Assembly: GCA_964413945.1 (NCBI GenBank)
Contig: CAYPUT010000002.1
Location: 1 to 49,854, forward strand
Length of the DNA stretch: 49,854 nt
Reading direction: 5' to 3'
Source of the DNA: an uncultured Spirochaetaceae bacterium
GTDB lineage: Bacteria; Spirochaetota; Spirochaetia; DSM-27196; PWMO01
A program made the position numbers and the translations under genes. Under the pieces are notes generated by a model. The model saw nothing but the letters and a program-made list of their open reading frames with translations, was not told the origin of the DNA and searched no databases. Positions 20,282-30,831 of this stretch are shown piece after piece (position 1 is the stretch's first letter; each line of letters starts with the position of its first letter).

Positions 20282-23106
20282 CGACGCGCCTTTAGTACCT
20301 CGGCGACGAAGCGTCCGGTGTGGGAGTCCGGGGACTCGGCGATGGTTTCCGGGGGCCCGAGGGCGACGACGGTCCCGCCGCGGTTTCCTCCTTCCGGACC
20401 GAGGTCGATAAGATGGTCCGCCTGGAGGATGACGTCGAGGTTGTGCTCGATGACGATGACGGTATTCCCCTTGTCGACGAGGAGATTCAGAACCTCGAGG
20501 AGTTTCTTCACATCGGCAAAGTGAAGACCCGTGGTCGGCTCGTCGAGGATGTAGAGCGTCTTTCCGGTGCTCCTCTTCGAAAGCTCCAGGGAGAGCTTTA
20601 CCCGCTGTGCCTCCCCACCCGAAAGGGTAACCGCCGACTGACCGAGGCGGATGTAGTCGAGACCGACGGCTTGCAGGGTTTCCAGCCGGCGAACAACTTG
20701 AGGTATCGCCGAGAAGAAGTCCAGACCCTCCTCGACGGACATCTCGAGGACATCGTGGATGTTCTTTCCCTTATAGTGAATATCCAAGGTTTCCCGGTTG
20801 AAGCGCTTGCCGTGACAGACGTCGCAGGTCACGTAGACGTCCGGCAGAAAATGCATCTCTATTTTGATTGTCCCGGCGCCCTGGCAGTTCTCGCACCGGC
20901 CTCCCTTCACGTTGAAGGAGAACCGTCCGGGCTTGTATCCCCGGGCCCGGGACTCCGGGAGGGCGGCGAAGAGCTCCCGAATCGGCGTAAACACGCCGAC
21001 GTAGGTCGCCGGATTCGACCGGGGGGTCCGGCCGATGGGGCTCTGATCGATATTGATGATCTTGTCCACGTGCTCGGTTCCGAGGACCTTCTTGTGGCGC
21101 CCGACCGGATGATGGGACCGGTTCAGCCGGTTCGCCACCGCCGGGTAGGTAACGTCGCTTAAGAGGGTCGACTTACCGGAGCCCGACACGCCGGTAATCG
21201 CGATAAAGCTACCGAGGGGATAGTCGACGTCGATCGACTTGAGGTTATGCTCCTCGATACCGGTAATGCGCAGAAGCTTCCCGTTTCCCTTCCGCCGCTC
21301 TCCGGGGATCGGGATGGTTATTTTTCCCGATAAGTACTGCCCCGTAAGGCTTGCCGGGTTGCCCATCACCGATTCGGGAGCCCCCTGGGCGACAACCGAG
21401 CCGCCGTGGATGCCGGCGCCCGGGCCTAAGTCCACGATGTAGTCGGCCAGCCGGAGGGTTTGTTCGTCGTGCTCGACGACGATGAGGGTGTTTCCCAGGT
21501 CCCGAAGGTGAAAGAGGGTGTTCAACAGGCGCTCGTTGTCCCGCTGATGGAGGCCGATTGTCGGCTCGTCGAGAATGTAGAGGACCCCCACCAGCGAAGA
21601 GCCGATCTGAGTTGCCAGGCGAATGCGTTGGGCCTCCCCTCCGGAGAGAGTCCCGGCATTCCGGTCCAGGGTCAGATACTCGAGCCCGACGCTCTTCATA
21701 AAGGTCAGCCGGGCGGCGATTTCCTTGAGGATTTCACGGGTAATCTCGACTTCGGTATCGGTCATCTTCAGGGCGTCGAAGAAACCGAGCGCCTCCTCCA
21801 CGGACATCGTCGTAGTGTCGTGGATGCTCTTACCGTTGATGAGGACGCTCAGGGCTTCGGGCCGGAGCCGACGCCCCCCGCAGGCCGGGCAGAGGCGCTG
21901 GGACATGTATCCCTCGAGCCACTCCTTGATACCGTCGGAGGAGCTCTCGATGTAGCGTCTCTTGAGGTCTTCGAGGACGCCCGGAAAGGGCGCCTGGTAC
22001 TCGAACTTTCCCGTCCGGTCGCGGTTTATGTAGGTTACTTCGATCGCTTCTCCGGTTCCGTGCCAGATAGCGTCGAGCACGCGTTTCGGGAGCTCTTCGA
22101 GGGGAGTATCGAGGGAGAACCCAAGATGGTCGGCCAAGGCGTTAAAACGGCTCCGGTGCCAGGCGGCCTTCGGATTATACGGTTTGAGCCCCCCCTGGTT
22201 AAAGGAAAGGCTCGGGTCCGGCATAACGAGCTCCTGGTCGAACTCCAGGGTCAACCCGAGGCCCGAGCAGGAGGGGCAGGCGCCGAAGGGGCTGTTGAAA
22301 CTGAAGAGCCTCGGCTCCAATTCGGGAAAGACCAGGTCGCTGTCCGGGTACGCGTAGTTCTGCGAGAAGCTCTCTTCGAAGCTCTCCTTCCCCTCCTCCC
22401 GAAGGACGACGACCATCCCGTTGGCCGTCGTCGCCGCCGTCTCGACGGCCTCGGCGAGTCTCTTACGCTGGTCATTGCGGACCTTGAGCCGGTCGACCAC
22501 GATTTCGATCGAGTGCTTCCGCTTCTTGTCGAGGGAGACCTCGGCGTCGAGGGAGATAACCTCACCATCGACCCGGGCCCTGACGAACCCGGCCTTCTTT
22601 GCATCCTCGAGAATCTTCTTGTGCTCTCCCTTACGCCCCCGGACAACCGGCGCGAGGATCATCATCCGGGAGTCTTCCGGATGCGTCAGAATGCGATCGA
22701 CGATTTCGTCGATACTCTGCTTTTCGATGCGCTTTCCGCTGACCGGATCGTGGGGAACCCCGATCCGAGCGAAGAGAAGCCGGTAGTAGTCGTAGATTTC
22801 GGTGACGGTGCCGACGGTGGACCGGGGGTTTCTGTTTGTCGACTTCTGCTCTATCGAGATCGCCGGGGAGAGCCCCTCGATGTAGTCGACGTCGGGTTTG
22901 TCCATCCGCCCGAGAAACTGCCGGGCATAGGCCGACAGCGATTCGACGTACCGCCTCTGCCCTTCGGCGAAGATGGTGTCGAAGGCCAGAGACGATTTTC
23001 CCGAGCCGCTCAAGCCCGATACAACGATAAACTTATCTCGGGGAAGCTCCAGGTCGACGTTCTTGAGGTTGTGCTCCCTGGCCCCGCGGATGATGATTTT
23101 TTCCAT
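20278..23106 (-). CDS. uvrA: Excinuclease ABC subunit A
   Basis: 942-aa ORF starting [45 protein letters not shown]. It has two ABC modules (second Walker [11 protein letters not shown]; LSGGE signatures x2) and zinc-finger Cys pairs ([18 protein letters not shown]...CDVCHG). Confidence 0.97.
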   Translation of the reverse strand: MEKIIIRGAREHNLKNVDLELPRDKFIVVSGLSGSGKSSLAFDTIFAEGQRRYVESLSAYARQFLGRMDKPDVDYIEGLSPAISIEQKSTNRNPRSTVGTVTEIYDYYRLLFARIGVPHDPVSGKRIEKQSIDEIVDRILTHPEDSRMMILAPVVRGRKGEHKKILEDAKKAGFVRARVDGEVISLDAEVSLDKKRKHSIEIVVDRLKVRNDQRKRLAEAVETAATTANGMVVVLREEGKESFEESFSQNYAYPDSDLVFPELEPRLFSFNSPFGACPSCSGLGLTLEFDQELVMPDPSLSFNQGGLKPYNPKAAWHRSRFNALADHLGFSLDTPLEELPKRVLDAIWHGTGEAIEVTYINRDRTGKFEYQAPFPGVLEDLKRRYIESSSDGIKEWLEGYMSQRLCPACGGRRLRPEALSVLINGKSIHDTTTMSVEEALGFFDALKMTDTEVEITREILKEIAARLTFMKSVGLEYLTLDRNAGTLSGGEAQRIRLATQIGSSLVGVLYILDEPTIGLHQRDNERLLNTLFHLRDLGNTLIVVEHDEQTLRLADYIVDLGPGAGIHGGSVVAQGAPESVMGNPASLTGQYLSGKITIPIPGERRKGNGKLLRITGIEEHNLKSIDVDYPLGSFIAITGVSGSGKSTLLSDVTYPAVANRLNRSHHPVGRHKKVLGTEHVDKIINIDQSPIGRTPRSNPATYVGVFTPIRELFAALPESRARGYKPGRFSFNVKGGRCENCQGAGTIKIEMHFLPDVYVTCDVCHGKRFNRETLDIHYKGKNIHDVLEMSVEEGLDFFSAIPQVVRRLETLQAVGLDYIRLGQSAVTLSGGEAQRVKLSLELSKRSTGKTLYILDEPTTGLHFADVKKLLEVLNLLVDKGNTVIVIEHNLDVILQADHLIDLGPEGGNRGGTVVALGPPETIAESPDSHTGRFVAEVLKARR

Positions 23107-23177
23107 CTGGGTGATCGCGTTGCGATAGCCTAAGCTAATCCGTATGGAGTATCAACCGGCGAGTCGATACCCCGGAG

Positions 23178-24188
23178 TTACCGGGGCACCACCAAGGGGT
23201 CGGTGCTCGGGGCGGCGGCCCGCTCGGTCGCCTTTCTCCCGGCCAGAGAGCCCGGTGGTCCGTAGGTCGCAACGAGCTCCCAGAGCTCCCGGGAGCGCAG
23301 TGACGAGTTTCGTAACCGAAAGCTCGCCTGCGCGAGGCGCTCGAGGGTATCGAAGAGGCCCGAAGCGTTCAGGTAGTCTTCGATTTGGGGATACTCTGTG
23401 GCCGTCGAAAGGGTTGCCCCGAGGGTTTCGAGGCGATAGAGGGGTCTGAACCTACGGATCTCTTCGACGATAATGGTGACCATTTTAACGGTCGCCATGA
23501 TGTCGTGGTCGAAGGAGGCTTGGTAGCGCCCCATTCCGAGATACTGCCGCCCGAGGTTCCTATTCGCGGCGATGCTCGCCGATCCCTCCTGGCGATAGAG
23601 TTGCAGAAGGCGGTCGATGCCCTCTTCCCAGAAGATCCGACGGTAGTTGTCCAAGAGCTCCCGGGTTTCCTCTGAATCGATATCGTCGACGTCTTCGACG
23701 ATGGTCAGCCACTCTTGCTGGGCCAACCGCCGGCGTTGAGACATTTCGTAGACGTCGGCGAGCTCGTAACGCAACTCCCATTCGGCTTCCGGGATGGCGA
23801 GGAAGACCGACGAGTCGAGGGCCCGGAGATAGTGCCGCTCCGCCAGGGTGAGGTTCCCTTCTATCAGGTAGACCCGGGCCAACCCGGCCTCCGCCTCGGG
23901 AAAGAGGCTCGATTCGGTTTCGATTACAACGCCCCGGTCCGTCAGCTCCGCTTCTCTTCGGGCGATCGCCCGGCGGAACATCCGAAGGGCCTCCCCGGGG
24001 TCGTTTCGACCTGCGGGAGCCACCGTGTCTTCCGGCGACGACAGTAACTCGAGTCCCCGCTCGTAGAGGGCCCAGGCCGGCATCAACTCCTCGACCTCCT
24101 GGGACTCCAAAGACGCCACAAAGGCGAGGGAAATCAGAATAGCAACAGAGGTTGACACGAGCCGTCGGAAGGACAGAGAACCCTTCAT
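23178..24188 (-). CDS. Secreted helical-repeat (TPR-like) protein of unknown function
   Basis: The track ORF starts at 24215, inside the upstream terminator T-tract. An ATG at 24188 gives MKGSLSFRRLVSTSVAILISLAFVASLESQ, a signal peptide. The remainder is helical with TPR-like segments (AEAGLARVYLIEGNLTLAERHYLRALD). Confidence 0.6.
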   Translation of the reverse strand: MKGSLSFRRLVSTSVAILISLAFVASLESQEVEELMPAWALYERGLELLSSPEDTVAPAGRNDPGEALRMFRRAIARREAELTDRGVVIETESSLFPEAEAGLARVYLIEGNLTLAERHYLRALDSSVFLAIPEAEWELRYELADVYEMSQRRRLAQQEWLTIVEDVDDIDSEETRELLDNYRRIFWEEGIDRLLQLYRQEGSASIAANRNLGRQYLGMGRYQASFDHDIMATVKMVTIIVEEIRRFRPLYRLETLGATLSTATEYPQIEDYLNASGLFDTLERLAQASFRLRNSSLRSRELWELVATYGPPGSLAGRKATERAAAPSTDPLVVPR

Positions 24189-24213
24189 ACCCTTACTATC
24201 GGGTTTTGAGCAC

Positions 24214-24240
24214 AAAAAAGAACCGGCCGTCGGCCGGTTC
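24214..24240 (-). terminator. Rho-independent terminator of the V-ATPase operon
   Basis: The minus strand reads GAACCGGCC-GAC-GGCCGGTTC, a perfect 9-bp GC-rich stem with a 3-nt loop, followed directly by TTTTTT. It starts about 24 nt after the ntpK stop codon (24264). Confidence 0.8.
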
Positions 24241-24263
24241 TTCTTGGCTCTCGCTGATTCCCG

Positions 24264-24698
24264 TTAGCCGACAACGCCCAACAGGAAGACCATTACAAAC
24301 AGGGCGACGGTCTCTATCAGACCGAGCACCATGATAAAGTTACCGAATCCCTTTCCGGTTTCGGCTAGGGCGTCCGATGCGACTGCCCCGGACTTACCCT
24401 GAAACCACGCCGAGAAGCCCATCGCGATGCCGCCGAGGGCGCCGGCTCCGAGCAACATGCCCGCATCCGTACCCGCCGCCGAGGCTTCCATCAAGGCGTT
24501 CATCAGGATAAAGCCGTAGATCGTCTGCGTCAGAGGCGCACCGACAAAGGCGACAAGGAGGAAGGGCGCCGGCCGATTTTGGGCGAAACACTTCTTCCAG
24601 GCGCCGACGGCTGCCATACCTGCACTACCCGCGCCGAGGGCGGATCCGATGGCGGCAAACGCAAGGGCCGCCCCAACTCCAATAAGACCGATGTTCAT
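24264..24698 (-). CDS. ntpK: V-type ATPase proteolipid subunit K (4-TM, 16-kDa type)
   Basis: 144-aa ORF, Gly/Ala-rich with four hydrophobic helices. The essential carboxylate lies in the last helix (GLIETVALF). The PLTQTIYGF and FQGKSG motifs parallel Enterococcus hirae NtpK. Confidence 0.9.
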   Translation of the reverse strand: MNIGLIGVGAALAFAAIGSALGAGSAGMAAVGAWKKCFAQNRPAPFLLVAFVGAPLTQTIYGFILMNALMEASAAGTDAGMLLGAGALGGIAMGFSAWFQGKSGAVASDALAETGKGFGNFIMVLGLIETVALFVMVFLLGVVG

Positions 24699-24730
24699 CT
24701 ATCCAACTCCTTTCATCTCTATTCGTGGGT

Positions 24731-26560
24731 TCAAGAAGCCGCCCGTTTGCCGAAGGGCCGGTACGGCGTACCCGTCCATTCCATTCCGAGGTGGCCGGAA
24801 AACTCCAGCATGTTCAGTCGAACGCCGTGGACCACCACCGAGAGGGCGCCCATCACGAGGTTCAACGTGTGTCCGAGAAGTAGTACCAAGATGCCGGCGA
24901 TAATCCCGCCGACCCCATCCATCATGCCTTCCGCCATAGAGTTGAAGCTCTTGGCAATCTCCACCGACGCGAGGCCGACGGCGAAGAGACGAATGTAGGA
25001 AATGATATCCGAAAAGGCGCTCACCCCGTCGAGAGCCGTGGTAATGAGCCCTGCGAACCCCTTGCCGATACCGACAAAGAAGTTCTGACCCGGTTCCTGG
25101 TTCGAGAAGAGAATTACCGACCCGAAACCGCCGATTATCAGGTAGAGGGCGTACTCCACCATTGCCTGACCGAGGACGACGTTCAATACCAGGTGGTAGA
25201 GCCCGAGAACCATGACCAGCCAGCCGACTTGCGTAAGGCTCCGAATACCCGCTTTAGAGCGGACTTCGTTCACGAAGTTCCAGACATGGGCAATGGTCAG
25301 TTGCACGGTACCGAGGATAAAACAGAGCCGCTGGATCAGCTCGGTGCTCCGAGGGTTGAAGCTCGAGAGCTCCGGGACCACGAGGGAAGAGAGCACCGGC
25401 AACTCGGCTAAGGGTTGATACCCGAACCAGGTTCCGGTAACGGCTCCCCAGGCAACCGTGGCGATCGAAAGAACGGTAAGGAGAAGCACCCCCTCGGAGA
25501 CCGCTCCGGTCCTCTTGAGGCTCCCGACGACCGCCGGAACGCTCAACCCCACAAGCACCAATCCGTAGCCGCCGTCCCCGATAATCATCGCGAAAAAGAC
25601 GGTAAAGAAGAGCAAAAACCAGAAGCTGATGTCCCGCTCGTAATATCCCGGTGTGGTCCCCATGAGGTTGAAGACCGGCTGAATGATCCGCACCGGCTTC
25701 GGATTCTTGACCTTGGTCGGGACCGGGTCCTCGGGTCCGGGTTCCCGGACGAGAACGCCCCACCCCCGGTCCGCGGCTTCCTTCCGGAAGGTATCGACGT
25801 CGCCGTCGGGGACGAACCCGGTAAGGACAACGACCTGTTCCATCCGGTCCATACCGTCGTGGACCTGATCGAACTCGATCTGCGCGTCGATATCCTCGAG
25901 GACGTCTTCCAAGGCCTTCCGGGAGCGCGCCTTTTCCATCAGGGCGATTTCGAGGGTCTCCTTCCGCCGGCGAAGCTCGGAAACCTCCCCACGCAGCTCC
26001 GAAGCGCTCCGCTCGGGAGTCGGCATCGCCTCGACTTCCGGCGCCTGTTCACCTTCCCGGCGGATCGAAACCAGGTAGACGAGCGTTGAGGTGCGGTTGA
26101 TCACGAAAAGCCTATCGCCCGAGAGATTCTTCAACTCCTTGTCGCTGATGAGGTGAAAACGGACGACGATTCCCGCCTCGGCCAACTCCCTGACGAGGGC
26201 GACATCGAAGTCGCCCCAGGCCTCGAGCCGTGCGGCCTCCCGGCTGAGCCGTTCGAGGGTTTCCTCGATCCGGCGACGCTCCTCGAGCAACTCGGCGATC
26301 GACTCGGCCTCCGCGAGGCCCTCTTCCACGGTCAGGGAAGCGGGAGCCTGATCCTCCTCCTCGACCCCGACCTCCTCGGACGGAAGCGCGAGAATCGCAC
26401 GGTCGATCCGGGCTCTGTGGTGAAGGAGAGTCTCTACGCTCTCGCTGTGAATATCCTCGAGTTGTACGTGAATAACGCCGAGGTCTCGGAGCTCGGCGAC
26501 CGTTTTCTCCCGCTGCGAATCGAGGGAAAGAACGGATATCTTTTTCATGCGTTCGATCAT
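24731..26560 (-). CDS. ntpI: V-type ATPase subunit I (membrane stator / a-subunit)
   Basis: The track ORF extends to 26839 but overlaps ntpD in another frame. An ATG at 26560 gives MIERMKKISVLSLDSQREKTVAELRDLGVIHV, the typical subunit-I start, 2 nt after the ntpD stop. A coiled-coil N-terminal half is followed by about 7 TM helices (609 aa). Confidence 0.88.
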   Translation of the reverse strand: MIERMKKISVLSLDSQREKTVAELRDLGVIHVQLEDIHSESVETLLHHRARIDRAILALPSEEVGVEEEDQAPASLTVEEGLAEAESIAELLEERRRIEETLERLSREAARLEAWGDFDVALVRELAEAGIVVRFHLISDKELKNLSGDRLFVINRTSTLVYLVSIRREGEQAPEVEAMPTPERSASELRGEVSELRRRKETLEIALMEKARSRKALEDVLEDIDAQIEFDQVHDGMDRMEQVVVLTGFVPDGDVDTFRKEAADRGWGVLVREPGPEDPVPTKVKNPKPVRIIQPVFNLMGTTPGYYERDISFWFLLFFTVFFAMIIGDGGYGLVLVGLSVPAVVGSLKRTGAVSEGVLLLTVLSIATVAWGAVTGTWFGYQPLAELPVLSSLVVPELSSFNPRSTELIQRLCFILGTVQLTIAHVWNFVNEVRSKAGIRSLTQVGWLVMVLGLYHLVLNVVLGQAMVEYALYLIIGGFGSVILFSNQEPGQNFFVGIGKGFAGLITTALDGVSAFSDIISYIRLFAVGLASVEIAKSFNSMAEGMMDGVGGIIAGILVLLLGHTLNLVMGALSVVVHGVRLNMLEFSGHLGMEWTGTPYRPFGKRAAS

Positions 26561-26562
26561 GA

Positions 26563-27156
26563 CTACACCTCGACCAGGTTGCTCTTGGCAATCTTGCCCC
26601 GAACGACCGCGGCCGTCTGCTGATCCCCGAGATAGATTCTGATGTTTCGAATGTTCTCTTTCGTTTCCGGTATCTTGACCTTCTCGAAGAGATTGACCCG
26701 TTGGGTCGTAACACGAAGCTCGTCGGAGACCAAGTCGCGCTGCTTCCGGAGGATCTCGACCTCGATGTCCAAGGCGATGAGCTCTTTCATCGATCCAATA
26801 GCCTGGTCGACCCAGAGCGGCAGACCAAACACGTCCCACCGCTTTTCTTCGAAGTGGGCCGACTTGAATACCGGAATATCGATACCGGCAATATTACCGA
26901 CCTCGGTGTCGACGCTCTTCAGGGCGACCAGAATCGTCATGTCGATGTCTTCGGCGAAAACGCCGACCCAACCTCCGATGTCGTCCTTGTACCGGTCTCG
27001 CTTGGCTTTCTGCTCGGCGATTGCCGCCTCGATCTGCCGCAACACCATTTGAAGCTGCTGCTTCTTAAGAATGAGAGTCGGCAGATAGCGCTGGAACCGC
27101 TTCAGCTGGTCCCGTTGCTTCTTGAGTTCATTCTTCGTCAGCTTGACCTTTGCCAC
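26563..27156 (-). CDS. ntpD: V-type ATPase subunit D (central stalk)
   Basis: 197-aa ORF with a GTG start. The sequence AKVKLTKNELKKQRDQLKRFQRYLPTLILKKQQLQ is the canonical NtpD N-terminus. Confidence 0.9.
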   Translation of the reverse strand: MAKVKLTKNELKKQRDQLKRFQRYLPTLILKKQQLQMVLRQIEAAIAEQKAKRDRYKDDIGGWVGVFAEDIDMTILVALKSVDTEVGNIAGIDIPVFKSAHFEEKRWDVFGLPLWVDQAIGSMKELIALDIEVEILRKQRDLVSDELRVTTQRVNLFEKVKIPETKENIRNIRIYLGDQQTAAVVRGKIAKSNLVEV

Positions 27157-27157
27157 G

Positions 27158-28471
27158 TTACACCGCTTCCTGAGCCTGGTTCTTGGGCCAGAACTCGTTT
27201 ATCAACTCGGTCCGGAACCCGGTCTCGTCCGGCTCGAAGCTGTTCGCGAGAATCTCCCACCCTCGGTCGAGGGCCTCTTCTAAGGGAATGTTCACACTCA
27301 AGTCCATCATCTCCCGCTCGAAGGCCTCGCCGTACTTCAAGAGCTTGTCGTCCCAGTCGGTCATCCGGAAACCCATCGACTTCTTTTCCAGGGACTCTTT
27401 GTAGGCCGCGTAGAGCTTGATCATACCGTCCATCAGGGCCCGGTGGTCTTTCCGCGTGTCCGCGTTTACCTGTTGCTTGAGCCGGGAGAGAGAACCGAAC
27501 GGCTCGATCCGCCCGTTTCTGAGGTAGTACTGACCCTCGGTGATGTACCCCGTGTTGTCCGGAACAGGGTGGGTTACATCGTCCCCGGGCATGGTGGTTA
27601 CCGCTAAGATGGTGATGGAGCCGGCCCCTTCGAAGTCGACGGCCTTCTCGTACCGAGCCGCGAGCTGGCTGTAGAGGTCTCCGGGATACCCCCGGTTCGA
27701 GGGAACCTGCTCCTGGGTGATGGCGATTTCCTTCATCGAGTCGGCGAAGTTGGTCATGTCCGTCAAGAGGACGAGGACCCGGCTTCCCTTGAGGGCAAAA
27801 CGCTCGGCCACCGCAAGCGAGATGTCGGGGACCATAAGGCTCTCGACGATCGGGTCCGCCGCAGTGTGGACGAAGAGGATGGCCCGGGAGAGGGCCCCGC
27901 CCTCTTCCAGTGTGTCCCGGAAGAAGAGGTAGTCGTCGTGCTTCAGACCGATACCGCCAAGGATAATGATGTCGACCTCCGCCTGCATCGCGATCCGGGC
28001 CAAGAGCTCGTTGTACGGCTCCCCGGAGACGGAGAAGATGGGAAGCTTCTGCGATTCGACCAGAGTGTTAAAGAGGTCGATCATCGGGATACCGGTCCGA
28101 ATCATGTTCCGGGGAATAATCCGCATCGCCGGGTTAACCGAGGGGCCCCCGATCTCGATGAGGTTTTCGTCGAGAGTCGGGCCGTTGTCCCGCGGTTTTC
28201 CACCGCCGTCGAATATCCGGCCCCGGAGGTTGTCCGAAAAGGAGACTTGCATCGGGTGACCGAGAAAACGAACCTCGTCTCCGGTAGCGATGCCCCGACC
28301 ACCGGCGAAGACCTGCATCGACACCTTGTCGTTGTTAAGCCGGATTACTTCGGCGAAACTCACCCCGTGACGGGAGGTAACGGTGGCCAGGTCGCCGTAC
28401 CGGACTCCATCCGCCGAGACGGTGATGACGTTTCCCGAGATAGACTCGATCTTGCTGTATACCTTCTTCAT
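27158..28471 (-). CDS. ntpB: V-type ATPase subunit B (non-catalytic)
   Basis: 437-aa ORF starting [18 protein letters not shown], with [18 protein letters not shown] and [20 protein letters not shown]. It lies adjacent to subunit A. Confidence 0.93.
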   Translation of the reverse strand: MKKVYSKIESISGNVITVSADGVRYGDLATVTSRHGVSFAEVIRLNNDKVSMQVFAGGRGIATGDEVRFLGHPMQVSFSDNLRGRIFDGGGKPRDNGPTLDENLIEIGGPSVNPAMRIIPRNMIRTGIPMIDLFNTLVESQKLPIFSVSGEPYNELLARIAMQAEVDIIILGGIGLKHDDYLFFRDTLEEGGALSRAILFVHTAADPIVESLMVPDISLAVAERFALKGSRVLVLLTDMTNFADSMKEIAITQEQVPSNRGYPGDLYSQLAARYEKAVDFEGAGSITILAVTTMPGDDVTHPVPDNTGYITEGQYYLRNGRIEPFGSLSRLKQQVNADTRKDHRALMDGMIKLYAAYKESLEKKSMGFRMTDWDDKLLKYGEAFEREMMDLSVNIPLEEALDRGWEILANSFEPDETGFRTELINEFWPKNQAQEAV

Positions 28472-28482
28472 AGTTTCTATCC

Positions 28483-30240
28483 TTACTGGAGCGACCGGGC
28501 ATCGCTCTCGACGCCGGATCGTTTCTCCTCGACGAGTCCCCGGATTTCTTCCTCGATGCGCTTAAAGTCGTCGGACTCCCATTCGGCGCCGTTGTAGTCG
28601 AGGAAGCGTTGCCGAAGCTGGTTAAAGAAGCCTCGGGCCTCTTCCTTCGTCGGCAGGTCGAGCTTTGCCGCGAGTATGTAGAAGATGATGTCGAAGACGT
28701 GGCGCTGGCGGTCGATACCGACGGCGGCGTCAACGGGGTCGAAAGCGTTCTGCTGAAGATAGACGTCGTCGAGAAAATCCGACTTCATGTAGAGGATGTA
28801 ATCCTCGGTACTCGTCCCCTCTTCTCCGACGACCTTCATCATCTGTCCGACTTCGTCCCCCCGAAAGAGGACGCTGCGGGCGTACTCGACGCGGTCCAAG
28901 TCGACGACGCCCTCGTACTTACTCCAACTGTCGAGAGGATGGATCGATGGGTACTTACGCGCGTCTGAGCGCTCCCGGGAGAGCCCGTGGAACGCCCCGA
29001 CGACCTTTAGCGTCGCCTGGGTAACCGGCTCTTCGAAGTTCCCGCCGGCGGGGCTCACCGTACCGCCGATGGTGACGCTTCCGGTTCCGCCGTCCCGGAG
29101 GCGTACGACCCCGGCGCGTTCGTAAAACGTCGCGATGGTCGACTCGAGGTAGGCCGGAAAGGCCTCTTCACCGGGAATCTCTTCGAGACGCCCGGACATC
29201 TCCCGCATCGCCTGGGCCCATCGGGAAGTCGAGTCGGCGAGGAGCAGAACGTTAAGCCCCATCTGCCGGTAGTACTCCGCCAAGGTTACCGCGGTGTATA
29301 CCGAGGCTTCCCGGGCGGCGACCGGCATCGAGCTGGTATTACAGATGATGACGGTCCGTTCCATCAGCGTTCGCCCGGTTCGCGGGTCGATAAGCTCCGG
29401 AAACTCCCGCAAGGTCTCGACGACCTCACCGGCCCGCTCTCCGCAGGCCGCGATAATGACGATGTCCACGTCGGCGTTTCGGCTGGTTATCTGCTGAAGA
29501 ACCGTCTTTCCCGCCCCGAAGGGACCGGGAATGCAGTAGGTACCCCCCCGGGCGACGGGGAAAAAGGTATCCATAATCCGAACCTTGGTGACCATCGGCT
29601 CCGTCGGCTTAAGACGCTCTTCGTAGATGTCGATTGCCCGCTTTACCGGCCACTCGAAGCTCATCGTGAGCTCTCGGACGTTTCCACGCTCGTCTTCGAT
29701 CTCGCAGATCTTGTCGGTAATGACGTAATCGCCCTCGGGAACGATGCTCTTGACGGAGTAGCTTCCCTGAAGGCCGAAGGGCACCATAATCCGGTGCTCG
29801 AAAATGCCCTCGGGAACGCTCCCGATGGCGTCCCCCCGGAAAACACGGTCTCCGGCGGATACCTTCGGGGTAAAATGCCACTTCTGCGTCTTGTCGAGGG
29901 CTTCGAGGTAGAGCCCCCTCTCCAAAAAGAAACCGCTCTGCTCTGCGAGCTCTGGAAGGGGGTTTTGAAGACCGTCGTAGACCTTACCTAAGAGCCCCGG
30001 GCCCACCTCGACGGCGAGCATCTCCTCGGTAAACTCGACAGGGTCTCCGACACCGATACCCCGGGTCATCTCGAAGACCTGGATCTCCGCCTGGTCTCCC
30101 CGGATTCTAATAATCTCGGACTTCAGACGCTTGTCACCCACGACGACGTACCCGACTTCGTTGAGGGATACTTCGCCGTCGACTTTGACGCTCACCATAT
30201 TTCCGTTTACACCGACAACTGTTCCTGCCGTTTGTGCCAT
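28483..30240 (-). CDS. ntpA: V-type ATPase subunit A (catalytic)
   Basis: 585-aa ORF. It has the Walker A loop [10 protein letters not shown], the non-homologous insert typical of A subunits, and [15 protein letters not shown]. Confidence 0.95.
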   Translation of the reverse strand: MAQTAGTVVGVNGNMVSVKVDGEVSLNEVGYVVVGDKRLKSEIIRIRGDQAEIQVFEMTRGIGVGDPVEFTEEMLAVEVGPGLLGKVYDGLQNPLPELAEQSGFFLERGLYLEALDKTQKWHFTPKVSAGDRVFRGDAIGSVPEGIFEHRIMVPFGLQGSYSVKSIVPEGDYVITDKICEIEDERGNVRELTMSFEWPVKRAIDIYEERLKPTEPMVTKVRIMDTFFPVARGGTYCIPGPFGAGKTVLQQITSRNADVDIVIIAACGERAGEVVETLREFPELIDPRTGRTLMERTVIICNTSSMPVAAREASVYTAVTLAEYYRQMGLNVLLLADSTSRWAQAMREMSGRLEEIPGEEAFPAYLESTIATFYERAGVVRLRDGGTGSVTIGGTVSPAGGNFEEPVTQATLKVVGAFHGLSRERSDARKYPSIHPLDSWSKYEGVVDLDRVEYARSVLFRGDEVGQMMKVVGEEGTSTEDYILYMKSDFLDDVYLQQNAFDPVDAAVGIDRQRHVFDIIFYILAAKLDLPTKEEARGFFNQLRQRFLDYNGAEWESDDFKRIEEEIRGLVEEKRSGVESDARSLQ

Positions 30241-30246
30241 TTGCTC

Positions 30247-30831
30247 TTACTCCGTTTCTTGGTTGAATGCGGTTGCGAGTCCCGCGCTCCGAATGTGCTC
30301 GTAGGCGGCATCAAAGGATTCCTGCCCCCTGTCGGAGCTAATAAGTGCCTTCCGCCGGAGAAGCTGAAGCTTCAGGTAGTAGATCTGTAGCTTGGTCAAG
30401 TCGAAGTAGTGTCCGACTTCGAGCTCGTCGAGAAGATCCCACCGGTAACGGTCGAGGGCGAGCTCCGATTTCAAGGGGTCGCCGGCGGCGACTGCCGCAC
30501 GGACGACCTCTTCAACCCGGGGAAGGTCCGTCCAGTTTTTGCCGGCGGAGTCCCGGTGGTAGTACTCCTCTTCGTCCCACCCGAGGCCGGAAGCCCGTAA
30601 GGATACCAGCGTGTTACGGAGCCCAAGCTCCTGGACAAACCACTCGCTCCCGAGGGTGGTCGAGGCGGCTGCGGATTCGTCCATCAGAAGGCGGGTCGCT
30701 ACGAGTGCGGCGAAGTCCGTTGCGGTCAATTGGTCCCGGCAGAAATCGAGAAAGAACTCTTCGCTCTGGGAAGGGTCTCCCTCGAAAAAGAGCATCGGGA
30801 GCGTTGATACCGCGTAGTAATACTGCGCCAC
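30247..30831 (-). CDS. DUF2764-like protein encoded within the V-ATPase operon
   Basis: 194-aa ORF. The start MAQYYYAVSTLPMLFF matches the YYY..S.LP.L signature I associate with DUF2764. It holds the same slot (between subunits E and A) as in Borrelia, Treponema and Chlamydia V-ATPase operons. It shares a 1-nt overlap with ntpE. Confidence 0.65.
   Translation of the reverse strand: MAQYYYAVSTLPMLFFEGDPSQSEEFFLDFCRDQLTATDFAALVATRLLMDESAAASTTLGSEWFVQELGLRNTLVSLRASGLGWDEEEYYHRDSAGKNWTDLPRVEEVVRAAVAAGDPLKSELALDRYRWDLLDELEVGHYFDLTKLQIYYLKLQLLRRKALISSDRGQESFDAAYEHIRSAGLATAFNQETE

Noticed and set aside
21460-23133. A 557-aa plus-strand ORF, together with the 280-aa ORF at 20320-21162.
   Set aside because: Both are antisense to uvrA, whose identity is unambiguous. 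They are low-complexity translations and high-GC artefacts. The same reasoning applies to 5001-6440 (+), 13155-14090 (+), 17879-18778 (+), 36017-36892 (+), 38514-39278 (+), 43902-45209 (+) and 46650-47336 (-).
26561-26839. The 93-codon N-terminal extension of the subunit I ORF. Analogous extensions occur on crtI (45306-45458), murI (36725-36835), corC (15497-15634) and the TPR-like gene (24189-24215).
   Set aside because: The extensions overlap upstream genes or the terminator, have junk composition, and precede internal start codons that reproduce the conserved family N-termini. The track simply reports the longest ORF, counting GTG and TTG as starts.
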